Source: Paramoeba atlantica
Lineage: Eukaryota; Protista; Discosea
NCBI GenBank assembly: GCA_977017575.1
Contig: CDRNVI010000036.1
Coordinates: 1-64,000, forward strand
Direction of reading: 5' to 3'
Length of the DNA: 64,000 nucleotides
Shown here: positions 20,657 through 30,096 of the stretch, one piece after another
How the letters are laid out: every line of letters begins with the position of its first letter
How positions within the stretch are numbered: position 1 is the first letter of the stretch
Notes under the pieces: generated by a model
What the model saw: only the letters and a program-made list of their open reading frames with translations
Database searches by the model: none
What the model was told of the DNA's origin: nothing
Position numbers and translations under genes: made by a program

Positions 20657-21037
20657 TTATTCATATAATTTCTCCTTCTTTCTCTTATTACTCGTGCGTC
20701 GCCTTTTCTTTCTTTTGGTTGAGATTTCTTCCATAAATTCCTGTGGTGGTTCTGAATTAATGATGACATTGACGTCGTAATCGTTTGTTTCATCGAATTC
20801 TCCATTTTCGCTCATAATTTTAGAAAACTGTATTAAAGGGTCCAAGCAATCTGATGTCACATCGTTTGAGCCGGAGGCCCAGTTTAAAGTGTACTTTCCA
20901 TCAGTGGCTTTCCAAACGATTCCACTTTTTGGAGGTGCTCCGCGAATTTTTAGGGAGCAACGAGTACGGCTGGGATTCTCTTGATACAAATCTGCAGAGG
21001 CGTTGACGAAATCCTGAAGAGAAGAGAGGCGCACCAT
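20657..21037 (-). CDS. SRP9: Signal recognition particle 9 kDa subunit-like
   Basis: MVRLSSLQDFVNASADLYQENPSRTRCSLKIR...IVWKATD follows the SRP9 pattern (W.EF..S..L..P..TR..KYR....KVTD); basic tail. Confidence 0.7.
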   Translation of the reverse strand: MVRLSSLQDFVNASADLYQENPSRTRCSLKIRGAPPKSGIVWKATDGKYTLNWASGSNDVTSDCLDPLIQFSKIMSENGEFDETNDYDVNVIINSEPPQEFMEEISTKRKKRRRTSNKRKKEKLYE

Positions 21038-21689
21038 AATATTACAAAAAAAGTCAAATCAGTAAAATTGTATAGGTGGCATCGCAGATCCATAATAAAA
21101 TAATATTCTTAACGTGCAATTCGGCATGTAAATTCCTGGAGAACACACTAAAAACTGGAAAAAAGGCAAGTTGAAAGCAGATTACACCCCCTCTCATAAA
21201 TAATGATAATGATAATAATAAATTTTCTGAGATTATCATTATCATTATTATTATCATTATTTATGAAGGCAATAAGGGGAGATCCGAAATAAACATACAT
21301 GTGTGTAGTATGATACTTTGTCTACGAAGGGAAAAAAACAAGACAAGATTAAAGGGGAGTTACGATAGAATGAAACCTTTTTGATAATTTTTGAGTAATT
21401 TTCAGTCCGAGGTAAAAATCTTTTTTCAATTATCATTATTAATGAAAGGGGGTGTACAGTCCAGAAATTAGTCCCCCCAGGCTACAGAGGACATCGTGAA
21501 AGTTTAAATTTCGCCCCCCTGAGTAGATTCGTAGTTCAAATAAATTTAGTGTTTCCTACAATATCCTTTTTGGAAGTAGCGCGTTACACAGCTTAAAGCC
21601 GAGGTGCCTGGTTCTCACTTCAAAAGGGTATTGCAACGTAGGATAGATTTTCTGTGCATCAACAAGGCACTATCTCGCCCCACCTTATT

Positions 21690-22631
21690 CTAATCATTTG
21701 TGGGATGAAATTTTCCACAGAAAGCGTTCCGAACTTCATCGGCCATACTAGAGGGCTGGAATACACCCATATCTGTAAAATATAGAGTAATATTGCTGGG
21801 GTCTACATATTCAAGTGGCCTCGAGACGGTGTGATCTCCGCATGAGGAAGAATAGATCTGCTCATCGTGAAGACTTATGGGAGATAGCTCCGTAAAGCGG
21901 AATGTTTCTGCTATGACATAGACGTCCACTTTTGCGCAAGCTGCTAAAGTTGCAACTTGCGAGGCTCCTGTAGAACACATGCATCCCCCTTGCGGTGTTA
22001 CAGCATTTGCTGCTAATACCACACACTGTACTTCCGAAAGAAAGGACCAAACGGATACGTCGTGTATAACGTGACACTGCGTTTGACGGGTAGAACTGTT
22101 CCTTGTACCCAAATACTTGCCCGAAAGTCCACCAAGGTTTAACGGAGTACACTGGGTGAAATATACCTTAAAATTGGAGTTGTGCGTGGCATCGCACACA
22201 GCCTCGCAGAGCGTTTCACTATGACCGTGGACAAGAACACCTTTGCATTTTTCTAGGAAGGGTTTTGAAATACGCAGAATTCGAGTACGAGAGGAACCCC
22301 ACAGTCGCAACACGCGTTCACAATATCTGTCAAGTTCTTTCACTATTTGGCGGCAATCGCAATTTTGATTTAAGAACTTCGCAAATTGAGCTCTCAGTGA
22401 GCGGAATAAAATTTCCAAGGGCTCTTTTGTGTCAGGATAAATTTCTTTCGTAGATAAAAGGATTTCTAATTCCTCAACAGTGAAACTTGCGGATTTAGTA
22501 GTGAGCGTTTCGCGCACATCGCCAATAATAGAACACACACGTTTTTCATCAACTAATTCGGCTGAAATTCGTAGAGACGACTTTTGAGGAATCATCCAGT
22601 CAGTGTATGTGATAAGGTTGATACTGAACAA
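21690..22631 (-). CDS. Translation initiation factor eIF2B alpha-like subunit
   Basis: VLVHGHSETL, VVLAANAVTPQGG, VYVIAETFRF, LEYVDPSNITLYFTDMGV. Confidence 0.85.
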   Translation of the reverse strand: MFSINLITYTDWMIPQKSSLRISAELVDEKRVCSIIGDVRETLTTKSASFTVEELEILLSTKEIYPDTKEPLEILFRSLRAQFAKFLNQNCDCRQIVKELDRYCERVLRLWGSSRTRILRISKPFLEKCKGVLVHGHSETLCEAVCDATHNSNFKVYFTQCTPLNLGGLSGKYLGTRNSSTRQTQCHVIHDVSVWSFLSEVQCVVLAANAVTPQGGCMCSTGASQVATLAACAKVDVYVIAETFRFTELSPISLHDEQIYSSSCGDHTVSRPLEYVDPSNITLYFTDMGVFQPSSMADEVRNAFCGKFHPTND

Positions 22632-22746
22632 TGCTATGAGAAATAAAACAGTGAGCGTACAGTAAGAATATTGACGTGAAAATCAATAGTAGGACCCATC
22701 ATACATAAAATGACTTGTCATGGGGAGAAACCTATTTCTATTCTAT

Positions 22747-23475
22747 TCATTCATACGCAGGTTCAATTTTCATCCCCCTTGTAACCATTTTTTGACAACT
22801 CTCGTGGATCTTTTGACGCAGACTTTGCGTATCACGTGCAATGGCCTTGTGATATTCTTCTAAAATATCCAACTGGGCTTGTTCCTCCTCGAACACCTGT
22901 CTCGGAGGTAAGCGCAAGAGAACCTCTTCCTTCACCATACGAGTAGGAATGAAGAGTTCCTCAATCGTGTCGGATTCCACGGGACTGGAACTCATTGGAG
23001 GAGCTGCATTCGGCTCTGTGGGCTTCACACGCTTGGACCCCACCGGAGAGTTTGCATGTTTAGAGAGAGTAAGGGGAGGAGGGGTGTGAGGAGTGAGGCG
23101 CAGCGCATGGGTAGTGCGGTATACCTCTCCATGGGTTAAGTACAGACACACACCCATGTCGAACTGCCCCCAGCCCTCCTCAGTAATCACGTAGGGCCCA
23201 GGAGAGGATACCGACCGCAGAGGAGTGTCAAAAGTTGGATGGAGTTCAAAAACAACTCGCTCAAGGATTGAGGAGAGAAGTTCTTCGTATCCTTCCAAGG
23301 GTGTGAGTTGCACTTTCCAGTCATAGAGACGATGAGACTCAACCCCGGTATCTTTTTTTACATGGGCCGTGCTATGTATTCGAATCAGTAGGGAGATGTG
23401 TCGAGTGGAGTTAAGGGGTGCTTCCTCGTCAGTTTGCTTTTCCATATTTCTCACTAGTTCCTCAGTGGTGGACAT
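22747..23475 (-). CDS. YEATS-domain protein (Yaf9-like)
   Basis: LERVVFELHPTFDTPLR..PYVITEEGWGQF; C-terminal coiled coil. Confidence 0.88.
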   Translation of the reverse strand: MSTTEELVRNMEKQTDEEAPLNSTRHISLLIRIHSTAHVKKDTGVESHRLYDWKVQLTPLEGYEELLSSILERVVFELHPTFDTPLRSVSSPGPYVITEEGWGQFDMGVCLYLTHGEVYRTTHALRLTPHTPPPLTLSKHANSPVGSKRVKPTEPNAAPPMSSSPVESDTIEELFIPTRMVKEEVLLRLPPRQVFEEEQAQLDILEEYHKAIARDTQSLRQKIHESCQKMVTRGMKIEPAYE

Positions 23476-23784
23476 TATTCATAGACCTGAGTGACTAGCC
23501 ATACATCAATATTTCTTACCTTCTAATTCACCACTGTAGGGAACAATTCGATCATTTACTAATCATTCACTGCTTAGAGAAAGGAAATGATTGGTTCAAA
23601 ACACAGCCGTTGTGTTTTCAGATCTCCCCTATGCAAAAAAAGATGTATCAGAGATGATAGTTTGAAGTAAAATATTCTTGCCACTCACCTGTTGACAATG
23701 TCAACTTTACATGATAAAAAAACCGTAGGCGTGTAAAAAAAATTCTGCAGCAGGGCATGCGAAATACAGGAATGATGGCACCAT

Positions 23785-25809
23785 TTACAGAAAATCTTCA
23801 ATAAAAGCATCTCTTCGCACCGATGAAGTCGTAGCGACGCTAGGCTTGTACCGAACCTTATGTACCGTAACTATGCTTGTATTTTTCGAGTCGGAGGGGC
23901 TATTTCCGTCCGATGATTCAACAGCGACCTTCCTAAACTTATGAAAAGGATCCCTTCGCTTTTGTACCTTTTTCGGTGGCTCTATGATCTTATCGCTCTG
24001 TGCCTCACGTGTCTTACTTACTGAGTTACCCATCGATTTCCTTTGGCCAGATGCGGATGAAATTTCTGTCGAAGTACCGGAACCGGCCTTATGCTTTTGG
24101 TCTCGGTTTCCTTGCCTAGCATAGGCTTCGCACAGAAAACCCTGCACATGCACAGGAAGAAGAGAGGAGCCAAGTAGATGCACGGAATTCGCAGCATCTG
24201 ATTCTACCTCCACTTTCTGATTGGCGAATCGGTTCTTCGCGGACAGACGCGCGGTAGACGCTGCATGTATCCCAGAAGTGAGTAGGGACGGGGCGTAGCA
24301 CCGCAACACTTCCGCGACATATGAAACGTATGCGATCCTTTCCGCGGATAGCATGTCCAAATGAGAAACCGATCTCGCAGAGGGAATTTTCTCTCGTAAG
24401 GCCGTACAGAGGGAATGCACACACGGTACGTACTCCAGTAATACATCCCACGGGCTCATAAACACGCCTCTGTTCACGGTGTATAACTGAGAGAGCTCGG
24501 TTAGCTCGCCTTGTCGTATTCCGCTAAGTGAGGTGCATGCGCTCGCGCAGCGAGGCCAATGCAAGGAGGGTGTGGCGGTTCGATGGCCCTGGCAAGAAAT
24601 ATGAGTGGCGGCTACAGCCGCACATACCATATCCGTGTCAGCAACTGTTTGTTTTCTGCGATCGCTGGTTGTCCACCATTCCGCTGCCCTACATGTGTGT
24701 AATCCGCGGTCATATGTGTAGTCCCCAGTGCCCAAATAACTCAGATAGTTCTCGTACACCCCTGCGGCGGCTAAAGCAAGGTCTTCAAAATTCCGAAGTT
24801 TAGCAGCCAGTTCACGCACATGCACCAGCTTTTTGGTGGCCTCATCCTCCAACGACCCTCTTCGGAATACACGTTTCCAGAGATGAAATGATGTGCTTGT
24901 GAGAGCTGAGCCTTCGACTTCATCCGTTTCTGCGGGAAAAAAAGCAAACTGAAGAAGATTGAGACCTTTTCGCATATCCCCTTCGGAGGTCGCCGCAATG
25001 CGTTTTACTAACATGGACTTCTCTGTAGGCCCGAGAGAGGGATATAGCCCCTCACTAGTGATGATGCGAAGAAATCGAGAGGCCATACGTGACTCCTGGA
25101 CAGCGGGAAACTGTATGACCCCAACCACGCTCTGTTGCCTCAATGTGCGCAACGTGGGTGTGTACAAGTCATTTGCAATGCATATAATCGGGACCGGCAC
25201 GTTGGACTTTAGCCCATGGTTCGTCAACGCGCTGAGTCCACTGGGAGAAATCCCATCTACCTCCTCAATGAGAAGAAAGTTTTTCCCTTCACCCTCCGCA
25301 ATAGACTGATTCTTTGCGGCCTGCAGGACGGTTTGAAGCGTCTTTGCGAGGGCCCCCTCACTACGCTCCCTACTCGCGTTGATCTCTACTGTGTGGAATC
25401 CCCAGTGGGAGGCTATGACGTTACACACAGTACTCTTACCCACTCCAGGGGGTCCGGTGAGTAACAATGCGCGATAAGGAACGTCCGCATCCTCCTCGTG
25501 CCGTGTGGCTGTCGATTGCTTTTGGAATAGTTCAGCGTATGATTGAAAGTAGGCCATAACTTGCAGGTTGCAGGTTTCATCGCTGAGGAGTTCGGTATAC
25601 TGTGAAGGGCGCCACTTCAGTGCTAACAAGTCTGGCGGCAAGCAGATGTCCTCCGTCGGTTGGACAGGTTTTCGTTTTGCTTTGAGGGCATCTGGAAGAC
25701 GTACAGTATGCTTCGAATTACGATTGAATTCCTCAGATGGCAACTCTTCCTCAGAAAAATCTATCCAATGTACACCACTCACATCGGAATATAGCGCAAG
25801 ACGTCCCAT
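23785..25809 (-). CDS. CTF18: Chromosome transmission fidelity protein 18 (RFC-like AAA+)
   Basis: KWRPSQYTELLSD, GPPGVGKST, VEINAS, LIEEVDG, C-terminal VRY..SVRR..EDFL. Confidence 0.85.
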   Translation of the reverse strand: MGRLALYSDVSGVHWIDFSEEELPSEEFNRNSKHTVRLPDALKAKRKPVQPTEDICLPPDLLALKWRPSQYTELLSDETCNLQVMAYFQSYAELFQKQSTATRHEEDADVPYRALLLTGPPGVGKSTVCNVIASHWGFHTVEINASRERSEGALAKTLQTVLQAAKNQSIAEGEGKNFLLIEEVDGISPSGLSALTNHGLKSNVPVPIICIANDLYTPTLRTLRQQSVVGVIQFPAVQESRMASRFLRIITSEGLYPSLGPTEKSMLVKRIAATSEGDMRKGLNLLQFAFFPAETDEVEGSALTSTSFHLWKRVFRRGSLEDEATKKLVHVRELAAKLRNFEDLALAAAGVYENYLSYLGTGDYTYDRGLHTCRAAEWWTTSDRRKQTVADTDMVCAAVAATHISCQGHRTATPSLHWPRCASACTSLSGIRQGELTELSQLYTVNRGVFMSPWDVLLEYVPCVHSLCTALREKIPSARSVSHLDMLSAERIAYVSYVAEVLRCYAPSLLTSGIHAASTARLSAKNRFANQKVEVESDAANSVHLLGSSLLPVHVQGFLCEAYARQGNRDQKHKAGSGTSTEISSASGQRKSMGNSVSKTREAQSDKIIEPPKKVQKRRDPFHKFRKVAVESSDGNSPSDSKNTSIVTVHKVRYKPSVATTSSVRRDAFIEDFL

Positions 25810-26057
25810 TCACTTTCCAATCACGATGTGAACAGTCTGTGCTATAAAAATGACATTGATTTCTCGTGAAAATACGACAGGTAGGTAAAGATTTTCCAAA
25901 CAGAAGAAATGAGTTAGCGTTGTTATTTAGTGTAGTCAAAACAGAACAACAATTCGCACCGTGCATTAAAATCTTTAAGGCTTCACCCTCAAGTGTAGAA
26001 ATCAAATAAATCAGAAAAAAAGATACCCAGCATACTTTAGTCGCGTGCAACCCATGC

Positions 26058-26831
26058 CTATGAGTATTGCTCCTCTAGAAGGATGTACGCGCTCTTGTTG
26101 CCACCTTCGATATTGTGAGACGAGGTTGACATTGAATGGTGTCTTAGTGCGTAGGTCCTTTGAACGTGCATCGCTTTCGTAGCATTGTTGAACAGCTCAC
26201 ATTGATCTTTGCGACGTGGTTGATGCTCGGACTTCGCATCATACGTGACGTGAAAAGGAATGGATGGATGGTGCGATCTTCCGACTACATCATTTGAGGT
26301 ATTTGTCTCACTGCTCATATTCCTAGAGAGTGTTTCTATGACGAAGCAGCATACGTTCAATGTCGCGTTTTGAGCATACTTTGATAAAGCTTCCAACTCA
26401 GCAACTTCACATTGTTCATCTACGGATCCCGTTTCAAACTTTTCCAACATGCGCGACAAAAGATTCAACTCTTTGTATGAGTTCGATGTTACATTAGATA
26501 AAGATTCATATGAATCTAATAGCAATTTCAATTTATTCACAATGTCTATTTCTTTTAAACGTTGACACATGTCTCGGAGAGCAGTAATATCCGATACGTT
26601 CTTTCGAACGTCAGTCAGAATGATGTACACGCTGAACATGCGCCGATAATCTACAGAAAAGTCTTCATACGTATCTAACGCCCGCAGTCGATGCAAAAAC
26701 TCTGCTGCACATCGTTGGGCTACACCGTCACCTAGTTTGACATCTGCCTGTATTAAATCAAAGAGAAGGTGAATCAAGGAACAATCTCGATTTCGAGAAG
26801 GCTGCGATGAAAATAGAAGTGGGCAATTCAT
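26058..26831 (-). CDS. Hypothetical protein
   Basis: 257-aa ORF on the coding strand; no recognisable motif. Confidence 0.55.
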   Translation of the reverse strand: MNCPLLFSSQPSRNRDCSLIHLLFDLIQADVKLGDGVAQRCAAEFLHRLRALDTYEDFSVDYRRMFSVYIILTDVRKNVSDITALRDMCQRLKEIDIVNKLKLLLDSYESLSNVTSNSYKELNLLSRMLEKFETGSVDEQCEVAELEALSKYAQNATLNVCCFVIETLSRNMSSETNTSNDVVGRSHHPSIPFHVTYDAKSEHQPRRKDQCELFNNATKAMHVQRTYALRHHSMSTSSHNIEGGNKSAYILLEEQYS

Positions 26832-27191
26832 TGTTCGGTACGTGTTTAAAAAATCTAATGGAGAATACTCAAGGAAACATTTACAATAACCAAGTAGTGT
26901 GACTGCTTTCGAAGAGGACTTATCCTGTATATGAAAAAGAAGCGCCTAATCGTTTTTACGATACAAGTGGTTTGCCACACGTAGCCCACCGCACAACATC
27001 TACGCAAAAATCAAGGAAAGAAAGAAGGGAAGAAGAAATAATGCAAAAGCTAAATAAGCAAAAGAATGTGATTAGCGTTACAAAGAGAGATTAAAAAACA
27101 TGCATTAGGGATCTCAACATACATACTGTAAAACTCGTATAAAAAGCGCATGGTTTAATAATTAGAGCCACTGGCTTTATTCGCTCGTTTT

Positions 27192-27803
27192 TTATTCGGT
27201 CGACTCCGATTTTTCTCTTCGTCGCTCTGCGCGAGAGGGCTTCGCATTTTCCTCTGCACCTTGCGTCATTCGAAGCAGCGCATTGGGTTCAGCAAAAGGG
27301 CGCTGTAGATTATCATAAGCACGTTTGCCCAACGTGTGGATTTGGAAAATCGGACTGTTGTACAACGTCATGGGGTGATGGACGCACTGATACAGCAGCG
27401 GCGGCACTACGCCCCATTTGTAGTGTACGAAGCACAAAATAAGCACACCAAGAAAAAGTCGAGAAAAGGCCAACTCGCGCCATTTCGCGAGATCATAGTT
27501 CATATGTGTCGTCTCGGTGTTTCCGTACCCTTCCTGTGGTTGAAGTCCGGAGCCCAATGACTTCGGTTCCTTGTAGCAAAGTTTCGTGTGATCGGCTCGT
27601 CGGATAATACGGAAATACAAATCAATCAGGGCGAGAGCCAGTAGACCGTGCACTGTGGCATATACAAGGTAAATGCGGTGAAGCGTTTCGATCTTTGTCA
27701 TGTCAACGGTACGGAGCACGACGATCATGAAAATCGTCATGAGTAATGTAGAGGAGGGGCGAAACATTGCGGTACAAAAGGGCTGACGAAAAAAATAAAT
27801 CAA
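27192..27803 (-). CDS. Pho88/Snd3 ER membrane protein
   Basis: TTHMNYDL, VHYKWGVVPPLLYQ, LQRPF. Confidence 0.8.
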   Translation of the reverse strand: MIYFFRQPFCTAMFRPSSTLLMTIFMIVVLRTVDMTKIETLHRIYLVYATVHGLLALALIDLYFRIIRRADHTKLCYKEPKSLGSGLQPQEGYGNTETTHMNYDLAKWRELAFSRLFLGVLILCFVHYKWGVVPPLLYQCVHHPMTLYNSPIFQIHTLGKRAYDNLQRPFAEPNALLRMTQGAEENAKPSRAERRREKSESTE

Positions 27804-27922
27804 TCAAGAATATCTAGAATCTCATGTATCTCAGAGGCTTAAATCACAAACATTGCGATGTAGTATGAAAAAAAGCAGGCCAAACAGTAAGTCTTTTGAA
27901 GTCTCAATACACAGAAATGAAA

Positions 27923-28756
27923 TTATGGAGCTTTCGTCGACGGGACAGAATAAGAGCATTCTTCGCTATGACAAAGCGAATATTGCAGTCTTTTGTACAC
28001 CTTTTGTAGGAGTGCAATGCGAGGCAATGTTTCTTGGAAAGCGACACTTGTTCGAATATGAGACGTGGAATCTCTCCATACTATGCAAAGGACATAAATT
28101 ACCTGAAAACGATGAAAGTTTTCGTTGATGTACACTCCATGTATACGGTCCCAAGGAATAAAACGGTGATAACATTGTAATCCGAAGTAAGAATATCCTT
28201 CTAGTTGCAGTCCAACGTCTTCGTACAATGCAAGAGATTCCGATGCTACGTAGAAAAGGAAGGTATAAAGTAGAGTCCCTGTAATGCTGGCAATTATCAG
28301 ATTGTTCAGTAGGAGCGGAATATAGGACGGAACTTGGAATCGGTGGAGCCAGGTATTCCAGATGCCCGCACCACACGTTACGTGCTTTTTTCTCTGAAAC
28401 AAGTCGTACCACGATTTCAACTCATCAAAGACACTATCGCTAAGGGTGTTTAGTAACAAGAAAAGTTCAATCACAATTTCGTTGAGGTAGAAGCCTTCGA
28501 GCTTCAATTTTTCACTACCTGTGGAACTAAAATTGAGCGCATTGGAGGAGTGTTGATCATGTTCTTCTTGTTCAGGATTCCTATAAGATTTCCTATGATT
28601 TACGCGATCGAATCTGATGGAACGAAGAAACGTGAATTGCAATACAAGAATGGACGAGAAGAACATCAACAGAAATTTGAGCACCTGTCTTGGTGGTTTT
28701 CGCACATCATAGTAAACTGAAGTTAAGGTCAGTTCCTGACTCGAAACTTCACACAT
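27923..28756 (-). CDS. PIGH: GPI-GlcNAc transferase subunit H (PIG-H/Gpi15)
   Basis: ESLALYEDVGLQL..RFIPWDRIHGVYINENFHRFQVIYVL; two TM segments. Confidence 0.75.
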   Translation of the reverse strand: MCEVSSQELTLTSVYYDVRKPPRQVLKFLLMFFSSILVLQFTFLRSIRFDRVNHRKSYRNPEQEEHDQHSSNALNFSSTGSEKLKLEGFYLNEIVIELFLLLNTLSDSVFDELKSWYDLFQRKKHVTCGAGIWNTWLHRFQVPSYIPLLLNNLIIASITGTLLYTFLFYVASESLALYEDVGLQLEGYSYFGLQCYHRFIPWDRIHGVYINENFHRFQVIYVLCIVWRDSTSHIRTSVAFQETLPRIALLQKVYKRLQYSLCHSEECSYSVPSTKAP

Positions 28757-29129
28757 TTACAAAATAAAGTACGATGATATCGTAGTCAAAAATCCTTCTT
28801 AGGATAAAACAGAATACATAAACTGAAAAAAAGCAAAAAAGACTTCAAGCGCGTTCAGGGAAATAGCATGCAGTTGTGTTGTAGTGAAGGAATAACAATT
28901 TGAATCGCCAATTAAATTAAAATTAAGAAAAAAAAGATCCTGTGAGCAAAATGTAAGCCGTTCCAGAATATTTAGCAAGAAAGCATCCATATTTTAACCA
29001 AAAACCGGGCATCAGAAAGTAACATTCGCTATAAATGTTGAAATTAATGACTCCAGAAGCGCATCTTCTACTTCATCAACCAATAGTTCTAGGATCCCGC
29101 CTCTAGGATACACCTCTAATTCACAAATT

Positions 29130-29861
29130 CTACTCAGGTGAAGCCTTCTGTTTGTGAAACAAATCCTTCACTGAGGGTTGCCCTTTAGACGCTGTTTCGT
29201 GAAACAAATCATCAAGGATAGGCTGCCCCTTTCCTAAACTATTGCGGAATGGATTGTCGTTATACCGAACGGTACAAGGTGTCTCGGCCGACTCCAAAAG
29301 TGTAATTTTATTGTACTGAACGTCTAGAAGAGACAATGAAGCGGGAACATCAGACATACGAAGGGTACCTGTAAAGCTGTTGTGATGCAATATCAGATGT
29401 GTAAGTTGTCGCGGGAGATTCCGCATCTCCAAGGGCGTTCGAAATCGATTTTCTGACAGGTCAAGGATTTGTAACGACTGCGGCAACACCGACATATCCA
29501 AGCCCGGACCAAATGAGTTATGACCGAGTTTTATTCGATGACAACAGGACGGAACAAACGCCAAAGTCACATTCCCGCGTAGTTGATTGGCTGTCAGATC
29601 AAGAGAAACGATATTCGGAGGAATACACTCCCAGTACAAGGATCCGCGAAGATTTCGATTACTCCAATGTATGTGATAGTGCGTCCCGTGCGATCGGCGG
29701 ATTCCGCTCCACTCACTAATTTGAGTCTCCCCGTCCCAGGAGGCGTAGGGGTTCTGAATGTCTCGAATAAAGCGTACGAATTCGATTTCGACAGGCAAAG
29801 AAATGCTCGAAATTTTTCCTACTCGTGACCTTTTGGTAGGAGGTTCCTCGATGTCGGACAT
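29130..29861 (-). CDS. Leucine-rich repeat protein (lineage-expanded family)
   Basis: W..W.GI cap followed by LPxxLxxLxLxxNxFxG repeats. Confidence 0.88.
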   Translation of the reverse strand: MSDIEEPPTKRSRVGKISSISLPVEIEFVRFIRDIQNPYASWDGETQISEWSGIRRSHGTHYHIHWSNRNLRGSLYWECIPPNIVSLDLTANQLRGNVTLAFVPSCCHRIKLGHNSFGPGLDMSVLPQSLQILDLSENRFRTPLEMRNLPRQLTHLILHHNSFTGTLRMSDVPASLSLLDVQYNKITLLESAETPCTVRYNDNPFRNSLGKGQPILDDLFHETASKGQPSVKDLFHKQKASPE

Positions 29862-30096
29862 AAACGAGTAAAACCTATAAATTCAATTATGGAAAAAAGG
29901 TTTCAGGAATTTTGGTGCGATAAATATTGGGTTTTGTCTATAGAGAAAAAACTTATGTTTGTGAATGCGTACCGATGTACACGCATCTAATGCTAGCAAA
30001 GCTCAACGTATAGGAAGCGAGCCCATTCACATCATTCATGCTCTTACAAGGAACTCTTCCAGGTGATTCAAAACGTGCACAGTACTTTCATTTTTC

